NCBI RefSeq assembly: GCF_963921235.1
Contig: NC_086097.1
Coordinates: forward strand, 82,462,001 to 82,526,000
Direction of reading: 5' to 3'
Source: Mobula hypostoma
Taxonomy: Eukaryota
Length of the DNA: 64,000 nucleotides
Made by a program: the position numbers and the translations under genes. Of the stretch, positions 12,396 through 26,063 are shown in pieces. The notes under the pieces are model-generated. The model was not told the origin of the DNA and did no database searches. It was given only the letters and a program-made list of their open reading frames with translations. Every line of letters begins with the position of its first letter. The first letter of the stretch is position 1.

Positions 12396-15300
12396 GGTGG
12401 GAACCAGAATGACAGAGCAGAGGAAGGGGAAAACAGAAATAAATCTAAGATAGTGAGCAGTAAAGATGTCAGGATAGACAGGCAGGTGATGGGGCAAATT
12501 TGCAGCCATTGGGATGAGTTGCAGTGCAATAAAGTTGCAGTGAAATCAAAGCGAAAAGTATCAAATAATGGTCTTAAGGTGTTATACTTAAATGCACGCA
12601 GCATAAGGAATAAGGTGGATGATCTTGTCGTACAGCTACAGATTGGCAGGTATGATATTGTGGCCATCACTGAGACCTGGCTAAAGGATGCATGTCTCTG
12701 GGAGCTGAATGTCCAAGGATACACGGTGTATCGGAAGGATAGGAAGGTAGGTAGAGGGGGAGGCGTGGCTTTATTGGTAAGAAACAATATTAAATCATTA
12801 GAGAGAGGTGATATAGGATCGGAAGGTGCAGAATCTTTATGGATTGAGCTAAGAAATAGCAGGGGTAAACGGACCCTGATGGCAGTTATTTATAGGCCTC
12901 CAAACAGCTGCAGGGATGTGGACTACAAATTACAACAGGAAATAGAAAAGGCTTGTCAGAAGGGCAGTGTTATGATAATTGTGGGGGATTTTAACATGCG
13001 AGGGGATTGGGAAAATCAGGTCGGCACTGGATCTCAAGAGAGAGAATTTGTAGAATGTTTGCGAGATGGCTTTTTAGAACAGCTTGTTGTTGAGCCAACT
13101 AGGGAATCGGCTGTACTGGATTGGGTATTGTGTAATGAACCGGAGGTGATTAGAGAGATTGAGGTGAAGGAACCCTTAGGAGGCAGTGATCATAACATGA
13201 TTGAGTTCACTGTGAAATTAGAAAAAGAGAAGCTGAAATCTGATGTGTCGGTATTTCAGTGGAGTAAAGGAAATTACAGTGGCATGAGAGAGGAACTGGC
13301 CAAAGTTGACTGGAAAGGGACACTGGTAGGAAAGACAGCAGAGCAGCAGTGGCTGGAGTTTATGCGAGAAATGAGGAAGGTGCAAGACAGGTATATTCCA
13401 AAAAAGAAGAAATTTTCGAGTGGGAAAAGGATGCAACCGTGGTTGACAAGAGAAGTCAAAGCCAAAGTTAAAGCAAAGGAGAGGGCATACGAGGAAGCAA
13501 AAATTAGTGGGAAGACAGAGGATTGGGAAGTTTTTAAAACCTTACAAAAGGAAACCAAGAAGGTCATTAAGAGGGAAAAGATTAACTATGAAAGGAAGCT
13601 AGCAAATAATATTAAAGAGGATACTAAAAGCTTTTTCAAGTATTTAAGGATGAAAAGACAGGTGAGAGTAGGTATAGGACTGATAGAAAATGATGCTGGA
13701 GAAATTGTAATGGGAGATAAGGAGATGGCAGAGGAACTGAACGAGTATTTTGCATCAGTCTTCACTGAGGAAGACATCAGCAGTATACCGGACACTCAAG
13801 GGTGGCGGGGAAGAGAAGTGTGCGCTGTCACAATTACGACAGAGAAAGTACTCAAGAAGCTGAATAGCCTAAAGGTAGATAAATCTCTTGGACCAGATGG
13901 AATGCACCCGCGTGTTCTGAAGGAAGTAGCTGTGGAGATTGCGGAGGCATTTGCGATGATCCTTCAAAAGTCAATAGATTCTGGCATGGCTCCGGAGGAC
14001 TGGAAGATTGCAAATGTCACTCCGCTATTTAAGAAGGGGGCAAGGAAGCAAAAAGGAAATTATAGACCTGTTAGCTTGACATCGGTGTTTGGGAAGTTGT
14101 TGGAGTCGATTGACAAGGATGAGGTTACAGAGTACCTGGAGGCATATGACAAGATAGGCAGAACTCAGCATGGATTCCTTAAAGGAAAATCCTGCCTGAC
14201 AAACCTATTACAATTTTTGAGGAAATTACCAGTAGGCTGGACAAGGGAGATGCAGTGGATGTTGTATATTCGGATTTTCAGAAGGCCTTTGACAAGGTGC
14301 CACACATGAGGCTACTTAACAAGATAAGAACCCATGGAATTACGGGAAATTTACATACGTGGATAGAGCGTTGGCTGATTGGCAGGAAACAGAGAGTGGG
14401 AATAAAGGGATTCTATTCTGGTTGGCTGCCGGTTACCAGTGGTGTTCCACAGGGGTTCGTGTTGGGGCCGTTTCTTTTTACATTGTACATCAACGATTTG
14501 GATTATGGAATAGATGGCTTTGTGGCTAAGTTTGCTGACGATACGAAGATAGGTGGAGGGGCCGGTAGTGCTGAGGAAACGGAGAGTCTGCAGAGAGACT
14601 TGGACAGAGAAGTGGCAAATGAAGTATAATGTTGGAAAGTGTATGGTTATGCACTTTGGCAGAAAAAATAAATGGGCAGACTATTATTTAAATGGGGAAA
14701 GAATTCAAAGTTCTGAGATGCAACGGGACTTGGGAGTCCTCGTACAGGATACCCTTAAAGTTAACCTCCAGGTTGAGTCAGTAGTGAAGAAGGCGAATGC
14801 AATGTTGACATTCATTTCTAGAGGAATAGAGTATAGGAGCAGGGATGTGATGTTGAGGCTCTATAAGGCGCTGGTGAGACCTCAGAGTACTGTGGGCAGT
14901 TTTGGTCTCCTTATTTAAGAAAGGATGTACTGACGTTGGAAAGGGTACAGAGAAGATTCACTAGAATGATTCCGGGTATGATAGGGTTAACATATGAGGA
15001 ACGTTTGTCCGCTCTTGGACTGTATTCCTTGGAGTTTAGAAGAATGAGGGGAGACATCATAGAACCATTTCGAATGTTGAAAGGCATGGACAGAGTGGAT
15101 GTGGCAAAGTTGTTTCCCATGATGGGGGAGTCTAGTAAGAGAGGGCATGACTTAAGGATTGAAGGGCACCCATTCAGAACAGAAATGCGAAGAAATTTTT
15201 TTAGTCAGAGGGTGGTGAATCTATGGAATTTGTTGCCACGGGCAGCAGTGGAGGCCAAGTCATTGGGTGTATTTAAGGCAGAGATTGATAGGTATCTGAG

Positions 15301-15443
15301 TAGCCAGGGCATCAAAGGTTATGGTGAGAAGGCGGGGGAGTGGAACTAAATGGGAGAATGGATCAGCTCATGATAAAATGGCGCAGCAGATTCGATGGGC
15401 CGAATGGCTGACTTCTGCTCCTTTGTCTTATGGTCTTATGGTC
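12396..15443 (+). mobile_element. CR1 LINE, 5'-truncated, with near-complete but frameshifted ORF2
   Basis: APE motifs (YLNARS, ITETWL, GDFN, SDH) and RT motifs (NYRPVSL, SGVPQG, FADD); frameshifts near 14215, 14605 and 14885; (TCTTATGG)n tail; 7-bp TSD ttattca at 12389-12395 and 15444-15450. Confidence 0.95.
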
Positions 15444-16199
15444 TTATTCAACCACTATGACATAAATGTTTTCTCCTTTTTGTTATCCACATTGCTGCCC
15501 ATGAAAGAATTAAAGACAAAAGCTAACCGCAGGCAGCTGTTGCTGAAGTCAGGCAAATGGTGGAAGAGGCAAATGAGACTGTATCACTAATGTTTCCCCA
15601 TTCTAAAATACAAACAGACACGGCCAGAAATTCTCAGTGGACCAATACGTATCTGTGGGAGGAGAGACTCTTTGTCAGAAATGAGGAGAAAATAGAATTT
15701 GAAGCTGCAGGATGGGTGGGGAGGGGTGTGGAAAATATCTCTTGACACCTCTAACTGGGGTGAAGATCCACATTGTAGACTCCTCCTCTCCAATCTCACT
15801 TCTGCTTAACCCAACTTCTTCTTTCCTCATTCTGATAAAACATTAACTGTCTTTACATAGATGTGTCATCACCTGTTCTGTATTGGCTGCTTCTGCTATT
15901 TTTATTTTAGATTTACAGCATCTGCAGGCTTTCCTTGTTCAGTGTCAAGCTAAAAATGTCTTGTTTCCGAGATAGACACAGACTTTCATTCCTGCCACAG
16001 AGAAAAATTGCACTGTCTTGGCAATCCAGCGAAGATGTTTCACCCTATCTATCTATCTATTTATGAGATACAGAGTGGTAACAGCCCCTTCCAGCCCAAT
16101 GAAGCCGTGACATCCAATTACACCCATGTGACCAGCTAAGCTATTTATTATATGTCCAGCATTAAATAAATTTATTTAATATTGAAATGAAATTAGTTA

Positions 16200-17105
16200 C
16201 CATGGCGTGATTACAGCTCAGGGTGTTCCGGACCTTGGAGTTCAGTTCCGGTGCCATTGTGCAAGGAGTCTCTGTACATTATCCTGTGGAGTGCATGGGT
16301 TTTCTCTGGGTCCTCCCATTTCCTCCCACAGTCCAAAAGACATATCGAGAAGAGTAAGTGGTCATTGTAAATTGTCCTGTGATGAGGTTGGGAGGTTGCT
16401 GGGCTGGCATGGCTCGAAGGGCCAGAAGGGCCTACTCTGCGCTACAAGGGCAGGAGGGGAAGATGGCGGCAGGACGCAGCGCACACAGCCTCTCCGGTGA
16501 AATGATATCCTATTTGTTAAATAGGGTACTGTGCACAATTCTGATTTGATGGAGACAGCCATGAGAAGCACGAAGGAACATCTGGAGAATCTTCTGAAAT
16601 GCCCGGTTCGCTGCTGCTGCTACTGTGCAATCGAGAATCTCCGGAGGGAAGGCCCCATATCCCTGGCTTTCCCTGCTACTGGCGGCCGGGGCTGGGGTCG
16701 AAGCGCTCGGTAGAGATGGTGCTCGGTGTCGGAGGGCTAGTCGGAGGCTCAATGTTTTCGGACGACTCAGAGTCGGACTGTGATTGGGCACGGCAGGGAG
16801 AGTTTTCTTCCTTCTCCTGCCTGCGTGAGATGTGGGACTTTCGAGAGACTTTGAACTTTTTTTACCGTGCCCATGGCCTGTTCTTTATCAAATTACGGTA
16901 TTGCTTGTACTGTTGTAACTATATGTTATAATTATGTGGTTTTTGTCAGTTTTTCAGTCTTGGTCTGTCCTGTGTTTCTGTGATATCACACCGGAGGAAT
17001 ATTGTATCATTTCTTAATGCATGCATTACTAAATGACAATAAAAGAGGATTGCGTCTCCTCATAATCTAATCTAATCTAATCTAATATCACTAGATGAAT
17101 AAATA
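16200..17105 (+). mobile_element. V-SINE interrupted near its 3' end by a younger element
   Basis: V-domain at about 16295-16340; SINE tail resumes at 17086 (tatcactagatgaataaata). Confidence 0.6.
16451..17085 (+). mobile_element. Non-autonomous retroelement (GC-rich head, (TCTAA)n tail)
   Basis: Starts ggggaagatggcggc; ends aataaaagagg...taatctaatctaatctaatctaa; no recognisable protein. Confidence 0.6.
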
Positions 17106-17306
17106 GATGATGAGTCGGATGAATTGTTGCCAATTACTTTCATACAGGAAAGAAGGGCATGTGCATCTATTGAATTCCACAGTCCTTCCCATCCTTGTTG
17201 ACTGCATTAGCATGTCCATGATTCACTTTAAAATTTCAGCCACCTTGGTTTGCGATGTTTTGTGTCACCTCTGCTATTTTCTTACCAATATTTATTCTCC
17301 TGAATT

Positions 17307-17955
17307 GGAATTGGAATGTGTTTATTATTGTCACTTGTACTGAGATACAGTGAAGAAGTTTTGCTTTCATGCCATCCAGCCAGATCATTCCATACAGAGA
17401 TAGCGAAAAGAGCAAAATGCCAAATATCATGTTAGTTACAGAGAAAATGCAGTGCAGATAAACAAAGTGAAAATGCCATCACAAGTTAGGTTGGGCGATC
17501 AGGTATTAATTTTTTGGCTATTACAATCTGATAACAATGGGATAGAAGTTATCCTTGAGCCTGGTGATATATGCCCTCAAGCTGTTGTTTCGTCTGCCCG
17601 ATGGGAGTGGGGAGAAGAGACAGTGACTGGAGTTGAAGGTGTCCTTGATTATTTTGGTCACTTTCCTGAGGCAGCAGGAAGTGTAGTAGGAGTCACTGGA
17701 GGGGAGGCTGGTTTACACGATAGACTGGTGTATGCTCAGAACTTTTTGCAATTTCTTGCAGCTGCCATACCCAGCTGTGAAGCATCTGGTTACAGAGCTT
17801 TCCATGATACATCTATAAAATTAGCTGAGTCGTCAGGGACATGCCAAATCTACTTAGCCTTCTGAGTAGAGGCATGGTTTACCTTCATGACCATACCATC
17901 CATGTGGCTTGGTCAGGGAAAATTATTAGGAATACTCATACTAGAAACTTGAACA
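17307..17955 (-). mobile_element. Decayed Rex1/Babar-like LINE 3' part
   Basis: ggaattggaatgtgtttattattgtcac tail and decayed RT C-terminal similarity to 7880-8260. Confidence 0.5.
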
Positions 17956-18114
17956 AACTATCTGTTGCATCACAAATCTCTGCAAAGAGACTATATCTTC
18001 ATCCAGGATTGTCTCCATGATGGTTCCAGCATATTCTTCACTACATTTCATTTATTTCTCAGGCGACACATTATATTCTCAAAGTCCTACAATTTCCGAC
18101 AGTGCAGTCTTATT

Positions 18115-18375
18115 TATTTATCTATCTATCTTTTGTTTAGAGAACAAGCCCTGGTAGCCCAACGAGCCACACCACCCAGCGGCCCACCTCTTTAGCAATA
18201 GCCTAATCACAATGACGCATTAACCTACTAACTGCCACATCTTTTGACTGTGGGAGGAAACTGGAGCACCCGGAAGAAACCCACGTGGTCATGGGCAGCA
18301 GCGTAATTGAACTCTGAACTCCAACACCCCGAGTTGTAATAGTGTCACGCTAATCGCTACCCTACCCTGGTACCA
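18115..18375 (-). mobile_element. V-SINE
   Basis: Reverse V-domain gtgggaggaaactggagcacccggaagaaacccac. Confidence 0.7.
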
Positions 18376-18889
18376 CAAGATACAACATAGCCATCCTAAA
18401 TCTAATTATACATGGCTAATAGTTCAACAAGCCACAAAAAAAAACATTGCCACTAGAATTATTGCCCAACTGGGAGCTGAAAGATAATCTTTATTATGAA
18501 GAAACCAAACAAGGTGTCCAAAGTACATTTCAAAATATCTTTGCACTTTCTGGATTCACTTGTTTTGTTTAGAAACTGTATGGATATTTTAATCATTTTT
18601 AAGTTTTGTCAACTTTGCATTTTATATTGCATTCCTTAAGTCCATGAGTGCATTTTCTATAAACCAGGATTTATTAATATAATTTTATATAAACCAGGAT
18701 TCATTAATATAATTGGTGCCAGCTGCAACCTGCAGTCCTTGTCCACCCAGCCAGCACAGCTAAAGTTGGACGTAAAGCTAGAGTTGTTGCGACACAGAAT
18801 GCAGTAAACAGCATAATACTGTTTGTGTTCCTTTTCTCTCCATTAGAACAAATGGAAAAGTGAAGTCCTTTCCTTTTTTTTTCTGCTGC

Positions 18890-19515
18890 TCTCTACACTG
18901 CAAAAAACAGGATCTTCTATTTGATTGCCACTTCCATTCTGACTTGTCTATCCTTATCTTTCTTTACTGTTGTGATGAGTTCAACCTCAAATTGGAGGAG
19001 CAACATATTCCATCTGGGTAGCCTCCAACCTGATGGCATGAACATCAATTTCTCCAAATTTTGGTATTATATACTCCCCTCCCTCCTTCTCTTTTTTTTT
19101 CCATTCCCCATTCTAGTTACACTCTCACCCTTCCTCTTCTCACCTGGCCATCAACTCCCTTTGATACCCCTCCTCCTTCCCTTTCTTCCATGGCCCACTG
19201 TCCTTCCTTTTCAAATTCCTTCTTTCTTCAGCCCTTTGCCTCTTCCACCCATCCCATCACAGCATTTCACTTCATGTCCCCCCCCAATCCACCCGCCTGC
19301 CCCCTCACCTGATTGCATTCATCACTTTCCAGCTTGTACCGCTTCCCCTCATTCTTATTTTAGCTTCTGCTGTCTTCCTTTCCAGTCCTGATGAAGGGTC
19401 TCAGACCAAAATGTCGAGCCTTTATTCCCGTCCATAGATGCTGCCTGACCTGCTGATTTCCTGCAGCATTTTGTGTGTGTTGCCCAAGATTTCCAGCATC
19501 TGCAGATTCTTGTGT
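18890..19515 (+). mobile_element. Older PLE 3' fragment with decayed hammerhead
   Basis: IFHLGSLQPDGMNINFS C-terminus; agtcCTGATGAagggtctcagaccaaaatgtcga at 19384-19417 (core G lost). Confidence 0.75.
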
Positions 19516-20752
19516 TGATGCTTTGCTTTAATGTGCCTTTTGGTTTATACCTATGCTCTGGGGCAGAAGTCACTCTGCCTTTGAAGGAATCTTAGCATCA
19601 AAATTCAAGGTGTCCTTTATTCATATTTTTTTCTTTATTATCTGCCTTCTCCCAACCTTTGCTTGAATTTATAAACAATTAATTACAGTTTCAATGGCTA
19701 CAATTACCATATAATCCATCTGTTCTGCAAGCTTCCTTGAACTAAGCAACTTAAAAGTCCGCTTGTCTGTTTGAAGCAACCTAAATTAAACACACCTTTG
19801 TCTTACCTCAATTACTGACCTCTTGAGCAATAATAAAGCAGGTGTAGTGAATGAGCATTTGCTTTCACAGACTGGGTGTCTCCTCTCTACAGTGCTTGTT
19901 TGCAAAGCTGTTCTATTGAAAATACTTTTTAACTTCAGGCTGATTACTGCCTTCCATTTACATTTTAAGAACTGAAGACTAAATCTCGTTTACAACCAGA
20001 AAATAAATAACTGTTAGCTGGAAGTTTACTTGCATCTGTTTATGATCTTACAAGTGGCAGCTGCTTGTGTTTAGAAAGCAAGCTTAGGAAACATGAGACT
20101 ACCAGCCCATCCATTACACATAATCCCCTTAATTCATAATATTCCAAAAAGGAATTGTGTAAATTGTATTTGTATTTGTTCCACTATAACATTGCCTTTT
20201 GGTGTATTCTGAAAGTAGTTTTCAGCTTTTTCTCTCTTACTCTTCCTTTGAACTAATTCAGTGAATTAATGTCAAATATCAGTATAAAGTGTCTCTTCTC
20301 ATGCAAACTTATCAGACCCTCCTTTCTGGGAACTCCTCCAAGACACTGTGTGCTAGGACACTGAGGTTATTCAGTGATGATGGATTCAAATTGTTCTAAT
20401 GTGCAGCTAAAAGTAGGAAACAAAGCAAAATTGATTGAGGCCAGAAGAAAGGAACTGACATTCACATTTCAATAGTAAATAGCTTCCAGGTGCACAAGTT
20501 ACTGAAACTATTTTCCTTTTTTACTGCAGAATAATTTATTAAGGGTTGCCACGTGTATATAAACAACATTTATGTTGTTTTACAGCCTTCTTTTCTGAGT
20601 GATAAAATTTAGCAGAGAAGAATAGGAGATAGAAAATGCGTGTAAAAAGAACTGTGACCTTTTAGTGTGAGTTGACAGCTAAATCAATTTTGCTTCACTT
20701 TTTATGGAAGTGAGGTTTTCTGAGATTGGGCTATATAATACTCACTCACACA

Positions 20753-21020
20753 TATCATCATCGTTATGTGCTTTGCCATATGATGTGTGCAGTCATGGTC
20801 TTTTGACCATTATTGTTCTCGGCAAATTTTTCTACAGAAATTGTTTGCCATTGATATTTTCAAGGCAGTGAATTTACAAGATAGATGACCCCAGCCATTA
20901 TGTATTTGACGTTGATCTGGTGCTATACCTTGGCCAAGGGTGATCTGCAGGCTAGTAGAGGGAAGGAGCTCCTTACAACTCCCTTGGTAGAGACACAGCT
21001 CCACCCTGGCACGCGGCCTC
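20753..21020 (-). mobile_element. SINE-like element with (GAT)n tail, possibly RTE-associated
   Basis: catcatcatcg tail; aatggcaaacaatttctgtagaaaaatttgcc-type 3' segment on minus. Confidence 0.4.
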
Positions 21021-21497
21021 CTATATATATAAAACAATGAAAACTTTGTCAATATTCTTGCCTGAAGCATAAACTTTCTAAGGAGAGGAATGAAGACAAA
21101 CTGGTTTAGTAAGAAACACGTGCTGCTTATTTTATAACAAATGAATTAAAAGGCAAAATTGATGGCTAAATGTGTTCTGTACCTTATAACATTCATGGCA
21201 CACAGAGAAAGTTTAAATTATGTTGATCCACACATGTAATCCGCATATCCCCAACACATGCTGGGTACACAGTTCTGAATGACATGTGGTCTTGCTGTTC
21301 TGTCACACACAGTACAAAGAAAGCAGCCCACATGTGTAAGAATAAGGGGTGCAGGACCACTTTATCTTTATTCCTATCCCAACTAACTTCAATGTGGTGA
21401 GCTGGACCGCAATGAAGGAATTCATTTCTGATCATTACTTCGGTGAAGCCTGTTATTTCCTTTGTAAAGCCTCAAAGTACTGTGATCCTCTCCCTAA

Positions 21498-22008
21498 AGC
21501 CTGATTTATACTTCTGCATCAACTCGACACCATTAAGTACTGCGTCACCACAAACCCGACACAGAGCCTACACGGATCCCTATGCCAGAGCCTGATGCAC
21601 ACCTCTCCCGAAATGTAACTACGCGTCGTGGCAACACAGAACGCAACAGCTGTGACTGGTCTGCTTGGTAGCATCGCATTTCCTCCTAGGCTGTAACAGC
21701 TTCCCATTGGGCGACTGAAGGGAAGGAACTCTGGCTGCAATGTTTTCTATAAAGCTTTACAGACCTCTGAAATTATGGAGGGGACATTTCGCTTTTATGA
21801 GAAAAGACGCTCGCTTTAAACTTGTTTACCCCGAGAAAGACTACCATGACCATGAAGCCTTGCGCAGGCAGGTGTGTGCGCATACGTGACGTGCGCAAAT
21901 TGCAGAATGACGCAGATACACCAACGCACAAGTATAAATGCTCACAACGCACGTAAGCCACTTGCGTAGGTTACGGCGTCCAGTTAATGCAGAAGTATAA
22001 ATCAGGCT
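21498..22008. mobile_element. PIF/Harbinger-type MITE
   Basis: Perfect 22-bp TIRs agcctgatttatacttctgcat at 21498-21519 and 21987-22008; TAA on both sides. Confidence 0.9.
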
Positions 22009-22257
22009 TAACTCTCAGCCTCTGCCACTACAGTCGAAGTCTTTTTTGCCCACCAAAAAAGTTTTACTTGTTTTGCATATTGAGTACAATTGGAGCATGT
22101 CTTTCTCTACATTCATTGTCTTGTTAATTCATTACAATATTCTACAATGTGTCAAAGACATGCATGTTTCCTGCTTATGCACCCATTTAAAAATTTGTTA
22201 TAGTGTCTGCCAGCAGCAGTACCCTAGACAAAAGTCCTTGTCCAGAAAGCTTTTTAA

Positions 22258-22730
22258 CATAGAAACATAGAAATCTACAGCACTTCACACGCGCTTCGGC
22301 CCACAAAGTTGTACCAACCATGTAAATTACTCTAGAAACTGCCTAGAATTTCCCTACCGCATAGCCCTCCATTTTTCTAAGCTCCATGAACCTATCTAAG
22401 AGTCTCTTAAAAGACCCTATCGTACCTGCTTCTGCCAATGTCACTGGCAGTGCATTCCATGAACCCACCATTCTGTGTGAAAAACTTACCTCTGATATCC
22501 CCCTTGCACCTACTTCCAAGAACCTTAAAACTATGCCCCCCCGCCCCCGTTAGCCATTTAAGCCCTGGGGAAAAGCCTCTGGCTAATCACACAATCAATG
22601 CCTCTCATCATCTTATAGACCTCTATCAGGTCACCTCTCATCCTCCGTCACTCCAAGGAGAAAAAGCCGCGTTCACTGAACCTATTCTCACAAGGCATGT
22701 TCCCCAATCCGGGCAACATCCTTGTAAATG
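22258..22730 (-). mobile_element. CR1 3' fragment
   Basis: Homologous to 23722-24200; catagaaacatagaaa tail. Confidence 0.85.
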
Positions 22731-23721
22731 TCCTTTTGTTATGGCTTCACTGAGGCTCACTGCATCTTCAAGCATGTGGTCTTGCATCTTGCAAAGTACC
22801 ACTCTGGCACATACACTGCATCTCTGAGTCATCACTGGAAGGTTGAGTGTCTCCTGCCACTCTTCTGAAGTCATCTAATGATTTCCAGCACTGGTTGCAT
22901 TGCCACTGACCCATGCAGATAAAACTGTTTCTCCAAGAGTGAGTTGGTCTTGAGCAGTCCCTTTTCGAGTATTTCTATTCATGCAGTTTTGAACATCTTC
23001 CTTGTTTTCTTTCCAATCCATAGTGTTTGCTCTGACATTCAAACATGGCACACTATAACGAAAGTAATTTGGTGCAATCAGTGAATTTATACCATTAGAA
23101 AACTATTGAAGATATGTTCTAAGCTTTGCACCAGAAGAGGAAAGAATTCTAATGTTGGGAAATTGGTTCTACTATCTGGCCTTACATTATCTCTCTGTCC
23201 CTTTTGTGGCCTGATTTTTTTTCTGCTTTTACAATCTTTCTGATGCTTTAAATATCTTGACCACTGATATATGTGCAGTATTGATTTTTAAAAAGCCTTG
23301 CCTAGTGTGATTGGCAGTGATCTTTAAAACCGTATCAGCCTGATGTTTCTTGAATGACCGGATATTGCTAACAAATAGACTACTGTTTAAACATTTGCAA
23401 AACCACCCTTTTCACATGTTACTCACCCCTTACCTGCCTGTCCCTCCAGTAAGGGAAGCTAAATGGTGTATAGGTTGTCTTGAAATTAAGCATCTTGGTA
23501 CATACAGTATAGGCAAACGAAGTCCTATAGTATGATGCCAAACCTGGAAAAGTAGCCCATGACTGTCAATTGTCACAGATTTCAACAAGGTTTTACAATG
23601 GGCACTGGAGATGAGCATTCAGGCGAGGGGAAATTTAGAAAATGAAAGAGAAAAAGACAAGAGAAAGTGCAGGATAGTGAAATGAAGAACCTTTATCTGA
23701 AATCACAGTATTCATATTAAG

Positions 23722-24880
23722 ACAGATAGAAACATAGAAACACAGAAAGCCTACAGCACAATACAGGCCCTTCAGCCCACAAGGTTGTGCTGAACATGTC
23801 CCTACCATAGAAATTACTAGACTTCCCCATAGCCCTGTAATTTTCTAAGCTCCATGAACCTATCCAAAGGTCTCTTAAAAGACCCTATCGTATCCACCTC
23901 CACCACCGTTGCCAGCAGCCCATTGCACGCACTCACCACTCTCTGAGTAAAAAGGTTACCCCTGACATCTCCTCTGTACCTACTCCCCAGCACCTTAAAC
24001 CTGTGTCCTCTTGTGGCAACCATTTCAGCCCTGGGAAAAAGCCTCTGACTATCCACATGATCAATGCCTCTCATCATCTTATACACCTCTATCAGGTCAC
24101 CTGTCATCCTCCGTCGCTCCAAGGAGAAAAGGCTGAGTTCACTCAACCTGTTTTCATAAGGCATGCTTCCCAATCCAGGCAACATCCTTGTAAATCTCCT
24201 CTGCACCCTTTCTATGCTTTCCACATCCTTCCTACAGTGAGGCAACCAGAACTGAGCACAATACTCCAAGTGGGGTCTGACCAGGGTCCTATATAGCTGA
24301 AACATTACCTCTCAGCTCCTAAATTCAATTCCACAATTAATGAAGGCCAATACACCATAAGCCTTCTTAACCACAGCATCAACCTGCGCAGCTGCTTTGA
24401 GTATCTTATGGACTCAGACCCCAAGGTCCCTCTGATCCTCCACACTGCCAAGAGTCTTACCATTAATACTCATATTTGACCTACCAAAATGAACCACTGT
24501 ACACTTATCTGGGTTGAACTCCAACTGCCACTTCTCAGCCCAGTTTTGCATCCTATCAATGTCCGACTGTAACCTCTGACAGTCCTCCACACTATCCACA
24601 ACACCTCCCACCTTTGTGTCATCAGCAAACTTACTAACCCATCCCTCCACTTCCTCATCCAGGTCATTTATAAAAATCACAAAAAGTAAGGGTCCCAGGA
24701 CAGATCCCTGAGGTACACCACTGGTCACCGACCTCCATGCAGAATATGACCCGTCCACAACCACTCTTTGCCTTCTGTGGACAAGTTAGTTCTGAATCCA
24801 CAAAGCAATGTCCCCTTAGATCCCATGCCTCCTTACTTTCTCAATAAGCCTTGCATGGGGTACCTTATCAAATGTCTTGC
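23722..24880 (-). mobile_element. CR1 LINE, 5'-truncated RT and 3' UTR
   Basis: SGVPQGSVLGP, FADDTK and RPHLEYC motifs in ORFs 24414-24764 and 23817-24305. Confidence 0.92.
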
Positions 24881-25774
24881 AGAATTATTTGATTATGCAA
24901 ATAGAAATAAATTATATCCGCTACAGAGATATGGTTATGAAGCAGCAAGATTGAGAATGAAATATTCGAAGATATTTAAGAAGAGAAATAAGAGATAAGC
25001 AAATGTACAGTAAAAGAAGGTAGGGTGGACCTGTTAATAAAGGTGAGGTTACTGAGGAAAATCAAGGTATAATTTGAGTCAAGCAATTTGAGTCAAGCAA
25101 AGAAACTGCAAGTGGCAAAATAAAATAGAGAGAATTATATATAAGCAGCTGAACACTAGTGGTAATGTTTGGCACTATGCATCAGGAAGCTGGTGTATTA
25201 TCTAATAAATGGAGGTGAGAGACATGACTTCTGTACATTATCTCCTCACTTTACAAGAATGAATGAATGAAAATAATTTTGGTAGGTAAAATTTCATGAA
25301 TTGAAACAATTGGTAAAATGCATTTTGGCCACTGTTTTGCAATGAATTCTAAGAGAGAGAGGAGAGTGGCATTATTTGTTGCAGAGAAAAATGGCTCAAT
25401 AAATCAAAATGTTACAGGGATTTATCCCTTATTAATAATGATTAGTGAGGCACAAAGAGAATCTGTATTTACTGACAGCACCTTTATTGGTTCAGTTCAC
25501 AAGCAAGTGAATTTACACAATCGAATACCTGTGTGCACACCTACTAAGTTTTCCTGACCTTCCATGAACAGTCAAAAAAGTAGAAACTGTAATACCCAGG
25601 AAAGGGGTCTCCGCTGGCCAGGTGCTCCTCTAATCTCCACATGTCCAACATAGGGCCCTCCACATCCGTGATGGTTGATCTCCAGAGAGCTGCTGCAGCC
25701 TGTGTACCCAAAATTTTTCATTTTTAGTCCTACCTTTATCAGATCAACCTCTGATGTTTCAATTTGTTTGCTCA

Positions 25775-25901
25775 AGAGAAAATCAGTAAATGCTGGAAAT
25801 CCAAACAACACACACAAAATGCTGGAGGAACTCAGCAGGTCAGGCAGCATCTATGGAAAAGAGTATAGTCGACGTTTTGGGCCAAAACCCTTCAGCAGGA
25901 C
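25775..25901 (-). mobile_element. PLE terminal segment with decayed hammerhead
   Basis: agtcgacgttttgggccaaaacccttcagcaggac at 25867-25901 plus the gatgctg...ccagca tail. Confidence 0.65.
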
Positions 25902-26063
25902 CCATCTGACTGACCTGTGTCAGTTCTCATTGGATGTAGCTCAGGGCTACAAGCAGTATTGTTTCATCGGCCTTGCCTTCAACTTTGTGCCTTAGGTGAT
26001 TTCTTTTGTTCCATTCAACTCCGACTGGTTCAAACCAGTCAAACCAGGTCACCCAGACACTAA

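Noticed and set aside
20360..20430. Strong minus-strand splice acceptor ctttgtttcctacttttag
   Set aside because: All downstream frames stop within about 13 codons; a coding exon cannot be supported
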